Below, piece after piece: positions 1 through 10,705 of a DNA stretch of 64,000 nucleotides; position 1 is the first letter of the stretch, and each line of letters begins with the position of its first letter. Both the position numbers and the translations under genes were made by a program. Below the pieces are notes generated by a model. That model searched no databases. It was not told the origin of the DNA and worked only from the letters and a program-made list of their open reading frames with translations. The DNA is from Eledone cirrhosa. Lineage: Eukaryota. The stretch spans positions 100,006,001 to 100,070,000 of the forward strand of contig OZ024741.1 of NCBI GenBank assembly GCA_964016885.1. The letters run 5' to 3'.

Positions 1-59
1 GGTATTTCGTATCATCTCCACTTATAAGCTCACCACTCTTTATAAATATGTATATATAA

Positions 60-131
<72 letters not shown>

Positions 132-213
132 AAATGGGGAGCATATATATATATATATTGTTGCAATATATATACAGATGTGTTGGTATCTGTGTTTCAT
201 CACTTACATGTTA

Positions 214-269
<56 letters not shown>

Positions 270-326
270 GGAGAGAGAGATAGATAGATAAATATACACG
301 GGTGTGTATGATTGTGTATAAAAGAT

Positions 327-559
327 TATATTAATAAAAGGAATTCCAACTTTGTCTGATTTACTCGTTTTATTTACAATCCTTTAAAATTTATAATGGT
401 ATTATAATGAAATAGTATGATAGAATATTAAATGTTAAGTGTTAATTAACACTTAACATTTAATATTCTATCATACCATTTCATTATAATACCATTATAA
501 ATTTTAAAGGATTGTAAATAAAACGAGTAAATCAGACAAAGTTGGAATTCCTTTTATTA

Positions 560-564
<5 letters not shown>
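327..564. repeat. Spacerless 238-bp palindrome (119-bp arms) abutting (TA)n
   Basis: Centre GTTAA|TTAAC at 445/446. Arms are reverse-complementary out to 327/564, with one mismatch seen (aatagtatga vs tcataccatt). Confidence 0.95.
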
Positions 565-599
<35 letters not shown>

Positions 600-721
600 A
601 TGTGTGTGTATGTACATATATATACAAAGTTAGAGAGAGGGGAAGTGGGAGAGAAAGATACACACAAACACACAGACACACAGACACACAGACACACAAA
701 CACACACACATATATATATAT

Positions 722-836
<115 letters not shown>

Positions 837-1122
837 GAATAATCGAAGTCAGTTTTGCAGCATCTGTAAAAATTTATTGCCATATTACAATTGTTCCTAT
901 ATCGATCAACTCAAGGTAAAATCAAAATGTTATTGGTGGGGTTTCGGGCAGTGAGGGAGGGGATGGCGTAACTGTAGTTTTAATTTTAAGGGTAAAGAAT
1001 AAAGAATTAAAGGTAAAAAACATAAATGGTAAAGAAAAGAAAAAGTTAAATAAAGTTAAATAAAGTAGGTAAATGATGTAAAAAGTATAAAATGAGGCGC
1101 TGCTTGTAACTAACTAACTTAC

Positions 1123-1242
<120 letters not shown>

Positions 1243-1533
1243 ATAGTACCATTAGAAAATGCACACAGTTATATAACATGAACAGAGAAATGAATAGTTA
1301 CCTCATCTGCCATGTTGCTGTCAGTTCACTTTCACTCGGGCCGGTGGTACGATGAAATTAGAAAGAAAAGACAGACAAATTTACTGGGCACTTACAAACA
1401 AAGGAGAAATACGTGAAAAACTATACCTAGGATGAAATGGATATGAGACAGTGTATGTAAACGTGCATCGCAAACGTCAGACGCAGGAATGTGTTAGTGT
1501 ATATGTGCGCGTGATTATCTGTTAATGCTTTGT

Positions 1534-1670
1534 TTTACTACATCAGAGATATCAAGGTATTGCAGGATCATCAAATCCCCGCTGGAAATGCATTGTATCA
1601 TTTAATAAAGTTCTTTGGACTGAGATAGAATTCTATTATTTTCGATTTGTATGTACATCTATCCTGAAAT
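1534..1670 (-). mobile_element. Dispersed copy of 5641-5778 (degenerate Penelope-like endonuclease 3' fragment)
   Basis: Near-identical to 5641-5778 (cagagatatca...ttgcaggatcatcaaatccccgctggaaatgc...atcctgaaat). Confidence 0.7.
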
Positions 1671-1779
1671 CGATATCCCTGTCATAATGATCTCGTCCAG
1701 GAAATCATCCATATATATATATATATCCACAGAGATTGCTATTGTTGTAATCATTATTATGATCACTATCACGATCTTC

Positions 1780-2050
1780 ATCATGAACATAATGATGATG
1801 ATGATGATGATGATGATGATCATCATCATCATCATCATAATCATCATCATCAACTCTACTACCATTACCTCAACTACCATCACTACTATGACATCATCAT
1901 CATCATGAGATTGATCATCACCACCATCAATATAATCATCAACAATACCAATCTATATCATCTTCAACATCATCATTATGATGATCGCCATCGTGCACGT
2001 CATCAACATTCTTACTATTATCACAATCACAGCCAATACCGTCATCAACA
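1780..2050. repeat. Degenerate (ATG)n/(ATC)n trinucleotide repeat
   Basis: Direct reading; explains the poly-M and poly-I ORFs. Confidence 0.9.
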
Positions 2051-2619
2051 TACTCTGATGTTCATTTAATGGGTACTCCATTGTAAATTTTCTCTCAGTT
2101 TACTGCGTTCTGCAATCCCTGCATATACAATTTTTAAAAAAAATGGATCGTGTGATGTTATGTATATAGAGAAACAATTCATTGCGAAATATATTGTTTG
2201 TTATATATAATTATGCCAAGAACATCAATTGACTATGCTAATAAAATCCAAAATTTCCAAGTACAATTAATAATTTAATTGGATGTATTGAATTAAATCG
2301 TCATACTGATAATTGTATTTAAAAGAAAAAAATTCTAATTATTTCAACTAAAATATCATTTGGCTTCACTCAGTATATTCATTTCACTTATTACTCGATT
2401 TAAAACAAGCGTTAATTAATATAAATATATTAATTAAATTTTATTCATATAATTATATAAAGAATAGTATTGCAGTTGCTCTACCGGTCAAAACTAAGAG
2501 GTATAATCGTGAATAATGAGCTCCTATACACTTTAATCAGGTAGTTATGCACACACACACATACACACACACACACGCGCGCACACACTCTCACACACAC
2601 ACACACATATATATATATA

Positions 2620-2757
2620 TACCCACTCTGCTTTTTCCCATGCTTAAAATTTATGTATATATAACATTTATATAAATTTTATGCATGGGAAAAAGCAGAG
2701 TGGGTAAGGAGGAAGGTAAAAACCCGACTGACTCATAGCGGTTTCTTCTTGTATTAT
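2620..2757. mobile_element. Hairpin-headed short element within (TA)n
   Basis: tacccactctgctttttcccatgc...gcatgggaaaaagcagagtgggta (2620-2706), followed by a ~50-bp unique tail; TA repeats on both sides. Confidence 0.7.
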
Positions 2758-2869
2758 GTATATATACATATATATACGTATATTTATTTAAATACTTTAA
2801 TATCGATGCGATCATGAATACAAATAAAATTCGGACTAACATCTAGTTTCATATCGGTTTCATATTATG

Positions 2870-3070
2870 TTATAGAGACACTTTATTTCACGTTGCTCCA
2901 GTTTACTCAGCTGAAAATGAGTACCAGCAATAGCTGGTGGTTTAACCCTGCGATGGACTAGCGTTCTGTCCAGGGGGGAGTCTTGTACTCTCAGTCGCCT
3001 CACCCCATGAAACCGGGAAAAGCACCGGCCATATGAGCCTTCTGGCTTAAGACAGACTTTAGACTTTTAG
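2870..3070 (+). mobile_element. SINE 3' portion with short (AGACTTT)n tail
   Basis: actcagctgaaaatgagtacc...ccctgcgatggactagcgttctgtccagggggg resembles conserved SINE central/3' domains; ends agactttagactttt. Confidence 0.55.
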
Positions 3071-3510
3071 ATTATGTTATAGGCGGAGATATATGTCTAT
3101 ACATGCTTTAACATTAAGCCATCAAATATAGAGATATTCAATAATTTCTAATTAAGGCTCGATGGTTAAACTGTGTGAGGTGGGGAAAATCAATTATACC
3201 GACTCAAGTATTTCATTGGTACATTATTTGCTCGATCGCAGATTGTTGAAAGACAACGTTGACACTCGGGCGCTTAAAAAACAGAACGAGAAGGGGAGAA
3301 AAACCATGGCAAATAACCTTACCTAACTTTCAAACGAGTCTACTATTCAACCTCCTTCATCTTAAGATATACTTTTAGAATAAGCATATTGTTACTATAA
3401 AACTGCATAGAGGGTTCTCTCGCCACCTACTGAATAGTAAACTGCATGTATATATATATATATAATAAATAAATAACAAAGAACGCTTATAGCATATGCA
3501 TATCTTTACT

Positions 3511-3556
3511 TGCTAACATTGTTTCATCCACACTATAAGTGGGACTCATCAGAGCA
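3511..3556 (-). ncRNA. Minimal type I hammerhead ribozyme
   Basis: Minus strand: UGCU CUGAUGA GUCC-CACU uau AGUG-u-GGAU GAAA C aau G UU AGCA. Full catalytic core, stem I UGCU/AGCA, GUU triplet. Confidence 0.85.
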
Positions 3557-4123
3557 TAAAGGTTAATTACATACCATACAAGCAATAACAAATCCAAGAC
3601 ATTGAAGAATGAAAGGTAATAATAGACGATAGAGGATAAGAATAAAAATAAAAATAAAAGTAAAAATAAAAATAAAAATAAAAATAAGGGGTGCTATCTG
3701 TCACAGTTGGGCGGTGTGCTGTCAACATATAGTTACATACAAGCATACACATGGATAAGAGAACAGACAAGAGTAGACACATGGATAAGAGAACAGACAA
3801 GAGTAGATAAGATAATGGGATTAGGTAAGAGTAGGTAAAAAATAGGTAAAAAATAGGTAAAAAACAGACTTATAATATATATAAAAAGAAATACAAAGAA
3901 ATACATAACAAACTTACATATAAAATATAAAATATAGGGTAAGGAATGAGATAAAATAATATACAATTAAAAATTAAAAATTATATACATAGAACATAAT
4001 ATAGTATAATCGTAAAATAAGATAAAATAAGGTAAACTAAAATCAAATAACATAGACTAAATTAAAATTAAAATCAAATGTATAATTATAATTATATGTA
4101 TAATTAAATGTAATTAAATATAA

Positions 4124-4155
<32 letters not shown>

Positions 4156-4389
4156 GTAAATAAAGATTAAATAAATAAATAAAATTTAAATTTAAATTTT
4201 AAAATTTTAAAATTAAAATCTAAATTTAAATATAAATATAAATATAAATAAATAAATAAATAAATAGATAAATAAATAAATAAATAAATAAATAAATGGA
4301 GTCAAGTAAGTAAATAAATAAAATTAGATAACATGAAATGAAATAAAATAAAATGAAATAAAGTAAATTGAGATAAGATATATATTTTT

Positions 4390-4770
4390 TTTAAATATAT
4401 CTCTTGAATATATCAGGGGCCCACGAAGGCACTAAATGTCACAGTTATGTGTATCACTTGACCAATTTTTCAAAATATATTTCTTGAAAACATCAGGGGC
4501 ACACGAAGGCACTAAGTGTCACAATCACCAGTATCACTTGACCATTGCAAGGCAATGGAGGCGTCCCATGTTGGGCAGTCTCGAAAGTTCACTCGAAAGT
4601 CATGGGTGTGCATTCACACAGTTGAGCGGTGGGGTAATCACAAACCGGTTCACACACCAATTTTTTTAAAACACATTTCTTGAAAACATCAGGGGCCCAC
4701 GAAGGCACTAAGTGTCACAGTCACCAGTATCACTCGAGCGGTGGGGTAATCACAAACCGGTTCACACACG
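4390..4770. repeat. Three imperfect tandem copies of a ttgaa(a)acatcaggggcccacgaaggcactaagtgtcaca unit
   Basis: Copies begin near 4404, 4483 and 4680; gagcggtggggtaatcacaaaccggttcacac occurs twice. Confidence 0.85.
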
Positions 4771-5976
4771 GGCAGGAGTCAAATGGTCAGAGAGGTGCAT
4801 CAAAGGAGGTAGAAGAATTCACATGCATTAGCAAGCGTGAGGTTAAAGCAAGCATATACAGTTGTAGCGCATACAAAATATAAAAAGATAGCTTCAAGAG
4901 CCATTAAGTCACCGCATTGGGACATCACAAGATTGTACACATCAATATGTTCAGCACGTATATGCACGTATACACACCACATGCATATGCAGAGACGGTA
5001 TACATATATATATATATATATTTTTTTATATATACACACAGACACATATAACCGCCTACACCCATACACATATAAATGTATACACGGGCACACACGCACA
5101 CACACACAGCGTAGGACACCCGGGTCAAAGCCGATATTAAATACGATATTAAATATAATATTAAATATTAAACACCGAAATACCACATTAGATCAGACCC
5201 ACCACCACAGGTAATATATTCAAAACAAATACATACGATGAGATGTATTAAAATAAAGTTGAAATCCTACGGAGATATTCATGTCTGCACGTGCCATTGA
5301 CCGATTCGAGTGTACACAGACCGTTAGTAACTACGGAGGGCCATAGGGGCCAAAACGTTACTTTCGGGATCATAAAAACGACCGTCAATATAAGGAAGGC
5401 CGATCGTGCTAGAAAGACTACAACCCCGGGTAAGAGCTCCCAGAGGTCAGCCTGTAGATCTTGAACCACAGAAAGGCGAAAAGTGTGTGGGAAGATTGTT
5501 CCAAGGGTGTGTAGGAAGTGGGTGGCAGACATTTAGAAAAAAAGAGATGAGAGGAGACGATGGAAGGGGTACAAATGAAAATAAATATGAAAAAATAATA
5601 ATAAAAATATATATGGTAGGGGTTTAAATTTACCCTTAAATTTACTATATCAGAGATATCAGGATATTGCAGGATCATCAAATCCCCGCTGGAAATGCAT
5701 TGTATTATTTAATAAAGTTTCTTGGACTGAGATTGAATTCTATTATTTTCTATTTGTATGTACATCTATCCTGAAATTCCCATGATAGTGTAAAGATCGT
5801 AATCCTTTGCATTTCCTGATTCTGACACATAGCCTTTATACTTCAGTCAATATTTTCCAAATATTTCAAATTTAATATTGGCTATAACACACACGCACTT
5901 TATTCTTCTTTGATATTTGATATTGGCTATAACAAACACGCATTTTATTCTATTTTATTCATTTATTTATTTATTT

Positions 5977-6020
<44 letters not shown>

Positions 6021-6026
<6 letters not shown>

Positions 6027-6085
6027 AAGTACCAGTAATGCACTGGGTTATTGCTGGCCTTGTGCCAAACATAGAAACAATTATT
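6021..6085 (+). mobile_element. 3' fragment of the SINE family seen at 14666 and 21448
   Basis: aaaataaagtaccagtaatgcactggg...ggccttgtgccaaa.atagaaacaatt matches the 3' end of those copies. Confidence 0.8.
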
Positions 6086-6555
6086 TTATTATTTATTTTA
6101 TCTTATTTTTTTATATTTTATTTCTTCATTTTACCTTATCGGATTCCATTATCTGTTTGGCACCCCACCACGTAAAAGGGTGGTAGGATTGATGCCAACC
6201 CACACACACTCATTCTTCTAAAGACGGCCGCAGTAGGACTAAGGGCGACCTGCCAGCTGACCCCCGAACACCAATAAACACAAGGGAGGAGGTCAGCTGT
6301 ACTTAACAAAAGTAACCACAACAGATTGTCTTGCCTCAGAAAAAAATTTCTATAGACTTTTGACTGAGGAATGTTCTCACAACTGACCAATGGGAGGAGA
6401 GAATGTCCTATGACGCCGGAATTCGTTTGTTCGAATTCATATGATTCCAGTTCCTCAGAGAAATAACAACGCAACCAGGAGCTGGACATATCGGAGTATT
6501 GACGGAGTAAAACACTTGAACAACATGTGTATCCGTCTCTACCACACCAATTCGA

Positions 6556-6610
6556 ACTGCCTGAAGAGGTCACAGCCAATGATGCATGACCCCGAAATAT
6601 ATATAGCAGT
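6556..6610 (+). ncRNA. Type I hammerhead ribozyme motif in a probable Penelope pLTR remnant
   Basis: ACUGC CUGAAGA GGUCA-(14 nt)-UGACC cc GAAA UAUAUA UA GCAGU; AATAAA at 6619-6624. Confidence 0.75.
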
Positions 6611-6769
6611 ACATCTTCAATAAACGAAGCCAAATGTAAAATATTTGACTTAATTACTTTATTTTACATTACTCCGGAGTAACCAAACCAACCTACGTAC
6701 TTCGTCGAGTGATCCAACTGCATACTGAGGTGTCGGTAAACAACCAACACATACTCAAAATTTATATAT

Positions 6770-6816
<47 letters not shown>

Positions 6817-6871
6817 GACAGATATATATGATATGAGTGTGTGCGTTCATGTGTATATCTATAAACATAAG

Positions 6872-6924
<53 letters not shown>

Positions 6925-7055
6925 GTGAGGTTTTTTTTACAAAATGAAAAATAACCGAGGTGTCCTACACGAGTGAAAGTATAAAGAAAAAGAGATGAAA
7001 TCGAAAATGCAACTGAAGTCTTATTTTTCTAAAAAATATATATATTTATTTGGTT

Positions 7056-7093
7056 CCATTACCGGTTTCGCAGTTCTTCTGCTTTTCAAAAGG
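7056..7093 (-). ncRNA. Minimal hammerhead motif, U3-A8 variant
   Basis: Minus strand: CCUU UUGAAAA GCAG aagaa CUGC GAAA CCGG UA AUGG, then AAUAAA. Stem I is weak (one mismatch). Confidence 0.55.
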
Positions 7094-7129
7094 GGAGTTG
7101 AGATGGAGGGTCTGTGGTTTTTCTCACAT

Positions 7130-7168
<39 letters not shown>

Positions 7169-7169
<1 letters not shown>

Positions 7170-7391
7170 ATAATAATAAATTTGAAGACTAAAATCCAAA
7201 GAGGGCTTGATAAGGTTAAATATATATCAAATATATAAGAACCGTAGAGCAAAAATTTATTAAAATAACAGATTAAAGTTTAAGCAAAGAATCGCTGCTT
7301 TCACCCTTAACGGGTTCTTCTTTCAGAAGATCCTGTTAAGGGTGAAAGCAGCGATTCTTTGCTTAAACTTTAATCTGTTATTTTAATAAAT
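7169..7391. mobile_element. Hairpin-headed short element in (TA)n (family B, copy 1)
   Basis: Inverted arms 7255-7320 and 7326-7391 plus an ~85-bp tail; an inverted homologue lies at 21245-21440. Confidence 0.8.
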
Positions 7392-7926
7392 ATATATATA
7401 TATATGTGTGTGTGTATGTTCAGACATACACATACGTATGTGTAAATACTCGAAAAAGGCAGAATCTGAATTCCTTGCTAGGGCGAGATCATCTACAAAT
7501 TGACAAATTGCTTTTAATATATTTTTAGTGCACTGTTATGTATATATTACTTAAATAATGATTAGAAACCTGAATTTTATTTTAGAAAATGATGTTATCA
7601 GTCGTACACCCGTAACACTATCTTCTTCTCTAACAATTTTATAACCATTATTTTGGTCTCGAAATAATTTTCCCACCACACGGCGCCAATGAATTGCGTT
7701 TTGAAATTTATTTGCACTGAGTTAATGTCTTATATATCTTCTTTCTCTGTTGGGATTCATTTACATTATATTCTCTTTATGTGTGTGTTCCCTTCAAAGG
7801 AATCGGTATGTATTGTTTATATTGTCTACCAACATAGTAAGCCTATGCAAAAAAACTCGAATGTTTTGGGTTTTGTTGGTATCAAAGCCAATAAGACGAC
7901 CAATTTCACAGCTAAAAATGGACTAT

Positions 7927-7983
<57 letters not shown>

Positions 7984-8001
7984 CATACAGATACTCACCC
8001 C

Positions 8002-8036
<35 letters not shown>

Positions 8037-8483
8037 GAACAAATGGGTTACATATGAATAAATTTAGTCCTTCATCAGTGATCTTCCAGCCTTCATTGCT
8101 ATTTCACCGCTTTAAAGACCATATGCCTCTGGTTGGTGCGAGCAATGGCTAAAGAAAGTCATTGGGACACGTAAATAGGGGGAACGAGCGAGACAGTAAA
8201 CAAACAAAGATGGTAAGGCAACGAAAAGTGAGGAAGAAGGAGTCAAGTCCCTGAAATCGATGAACATAAGTTCTGTGAAATCGTCAAACAATTACAACAG
8301 TGACCTAAACAGGTACTTCAGTTTCGTCGGGTTCTGAACACCAACTCATTCAACCTGTTTATCTCGCTCCGCTCCGGGGCAATGCATTTTCCATCCTGTC
8401 AGCCGGGAACCAGAGGCAGAGTGGACGTTAGTTGGTGTTTGAGGATACTCTTTCGAACGTCACTTCGAACGTCTTTCAATCAT

Positions 8484-8552
8484 CTGACAGGAAGGTATAC
8501 GGTGCTGATGACAGCTAATAAGCTAGAAACTATTTCATCGTTCCTTTGTCAG
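8484..8552 (+). ncRNA. Type I hammerhead motif with extended stem I
   Basis: CUGACA..AAGG uau ACGGUG CUGAUGA c AGCU aaua AGCU a GAAA CUAU UU CAUCGU u CCUU UGUCAG. C.A at the base of stem II and a stem III mismatch are non-canonical. Confidence 0.65.
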
Positions 8553-8707
8553 TGTTGAACAAAAGGGCAACAATGGTTGCCGAACACTGTACGGCTCAAT
8601 TCGGGTTGTTTGTTTAAAAACAAAGCGAATATTATAATAAATTTTCGGTAAACCCATACGTACATATATGTATGTAAATAATGCTAAATACGGGATTGTA
8701 GTGAAAT

Positions 8708-9082
8708 AATTTTATAAAGCCATCTTTACAGGGGGTATAACACCACTGCTATAGTTAGCAGTAATCAGCAAATGCTATGTTACAATGACAGGTTGAGGAC
8801 AAACATACTAAAAAACTAATACGAAATATTAATTCCGAATGTTAATACATAAATACTAATACAAGAATACTAATGCAAAAATACCACTAACAATTTTATA
8901 AGGCCACCTTTACAGGGAGTCTAACAACACTGCTATAGTTAGTAGTAATCAGCCAATGCTATCTTACAATGACAGGTTAATAAGTTGAGGATAAACATAC
9001 TAAAAAATTAATACGAAATATTAATTCAGAATACTAATACATAAATACTAATACAAGAATACTAATGCAAAAATACCACTAA
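8708..9082. repeat. Tandem duplication (~185-bp unit x2) in the Penelope 3' region
   Basis: aattttata..cc..ctttacaggg...ataccactaa at 8708-8890 and 8892-9082; a single copy is present in the right arm (11941-12130). Confidence 0.9.
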
Positions 9083-9381
9083 GAAATTTAGAAATCACGG
9101 AAATGGAGCAGCCAGCAGAAAGAAAGCAATTAGCTGGGGTCTAACACATCTGAGATAAAAAGCGTAATCGGCCAGTTCTATCTTAACATTAGGGGGGTGC
9201 TGAGGCTACAAAGGACCGATGGGCTGCATCGGGGTGGGCGAAAAGGTGAAAACAAAAGACGACAAGGAAGGTGATCTGGGATGGATGGACTAGGAAGAGA
9301 TGGGGGGAAGAAGGAAATATAGAGGAAGCGATAAAAAAAATTAAAAAAGTTACGTCTACCTTTGTAAGCACCGGTTACCCC

Positions 9382-10662
9382 TTACAAAGTCGGCAAGTGG
9401 AGTGTTTCAGCCTTTGTGTACTCCCCCCCCCCACGCGGGTCATGATGGGGTTTGAGGGCGAGGTAAGTCCTACGCAATCTGTGTTTGCATGCAGTTACCA
9501 GTTCGTCTTTCTTGTTTACGAATTTGTCATTCGAAAACAGCATTTGTAATGTTTCCTCCGAGCATAAGTTACACGGACGGTGTTCTCCCGTGTAAGAGTT
9601 AGCTCTGGACAGTAAGCTCCAAGTGAGATTGTAGGTTATATTATTATCTTTGAGGTCCCAGATGTGGCCCGAAAGTGTAGTGGCATCACGCCGGCCCGGG
9701 TTTCGGAAAATATGTCTGTGTAGGTAGAGCCAGGTCTTGAAGTCACAAGCTGTTAATCCTATATAGGCTTTGTTGGATGTCTCCGTCCTCACATTGCACT
9801 GGTAGATCACATTACGATTTCGGCATCTGTTGTTGAGGGGGCAAAGTGATCTATCAGGACAGGTACACCTCCTGGCCGGCTCTCAACACTGCTGTCTAGG
9901 TTATTTATTCCATAGGGATTGAGTTTTTTGTTGTTAGAGGAGACGATGTTTTGTGCAAAGTTAGGTGTGGTACTGTAGGAGAATTTGATGGTGTTTTTGT
10001 TGATTATATTGTAGTAGCGGTGTTGTAGGGGGAAGTGTTTTCCGATGACCCTAAAGAAGATTTTTCCGATAGCAGGTGTTGTCACCTCGGCATTGTGTGT
10101 GTGGGGGGTGGGGGTGGGGTGAGGGGGTGAACCACGTTACGTTACGTAAGCGGCGGTGTCGCCTGCTGGTTCCGCAAATGGAAGCTGGATAATAGGATAT
10201 TTCCTCCCGGAAGCCACTCCGCTTGAGGGCCTGGTTGTAATAAGGCGCATGTTCATCGAATATCTGCTCATTAGCGGACAAACGAGATATGCGGAGGGAA
10301 ATGTTCTTAACCAGGTTATTGATGATGTTTCTAGGATGGTTCGACCGGCGGTGGATGTAATGCAGGTTGTCGTTTGGTTTCCTGTATGGGTAGTAACTAT
10401 CATTATCGAGCTTAAGGGTAATGTCCAGGAAGTTTACTCGGGTTAGGGACGTTTGTAGGGTTATTTTAAATCCCCAGTCGCGGCAGAAGCTGATTAATTG
10501 TTTACGGACCCGGTCTGTACTACTGGGGTTGTACCCTTTGAGGGTAAGGAGCCCATCATCACGGTACAATCTACCGCCGAATGCTGGAAACATTTCGGTG
10601 AGTTTAAAAAGTAGGAATAATCCTATAAGATCTGTGACCTCAGCCGAATCCATCGCGCCCAT
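9382..10662 (-). pseudogene. Penelope-like RT/GIY-YIG pseudo-ORF in three frames
   Basis: ORFs 10051-10662, 9807-10085 and 9382-9810 are consecutive parts of one polyprotein. Confidence 0.88.
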
Positions 10663-10705
10663 ACTGAGTCAGGAGCTCTCTTTATCCATTTGGAGTTGTC
10701 GATAA

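Larger units (their letters stand above)
3470..5950 (-). mobile_element. Degenerate Penelope-like element 3' region (endonuclease remnants, long UTR, hammerhead)
   Basis: Minus-strand remnants 'DLWELL...GLCTLE...TCRH' (5248-5532) and 'FTLSWE...RTLLN' (~5700-5800) resemble the C-terminus of Penelope GIY-YIG proteins. Hammerhead at 3511-3556; ends in (TA)n. Confidence 0.5.

Noticed and set aside
8061-8080. Minus-strand CUGAUGAAGGAC
   Set aside because: Truncated: no closing stem II or GAAA follows.
9800-9880. Selenocysteine recoding, as reported for some Naiad elements
   Set aside because: The conserved Cys positions (RCTCPDRSLCPLNNRC) use TGT/TGC rather than TGA; no SECIS recognised.
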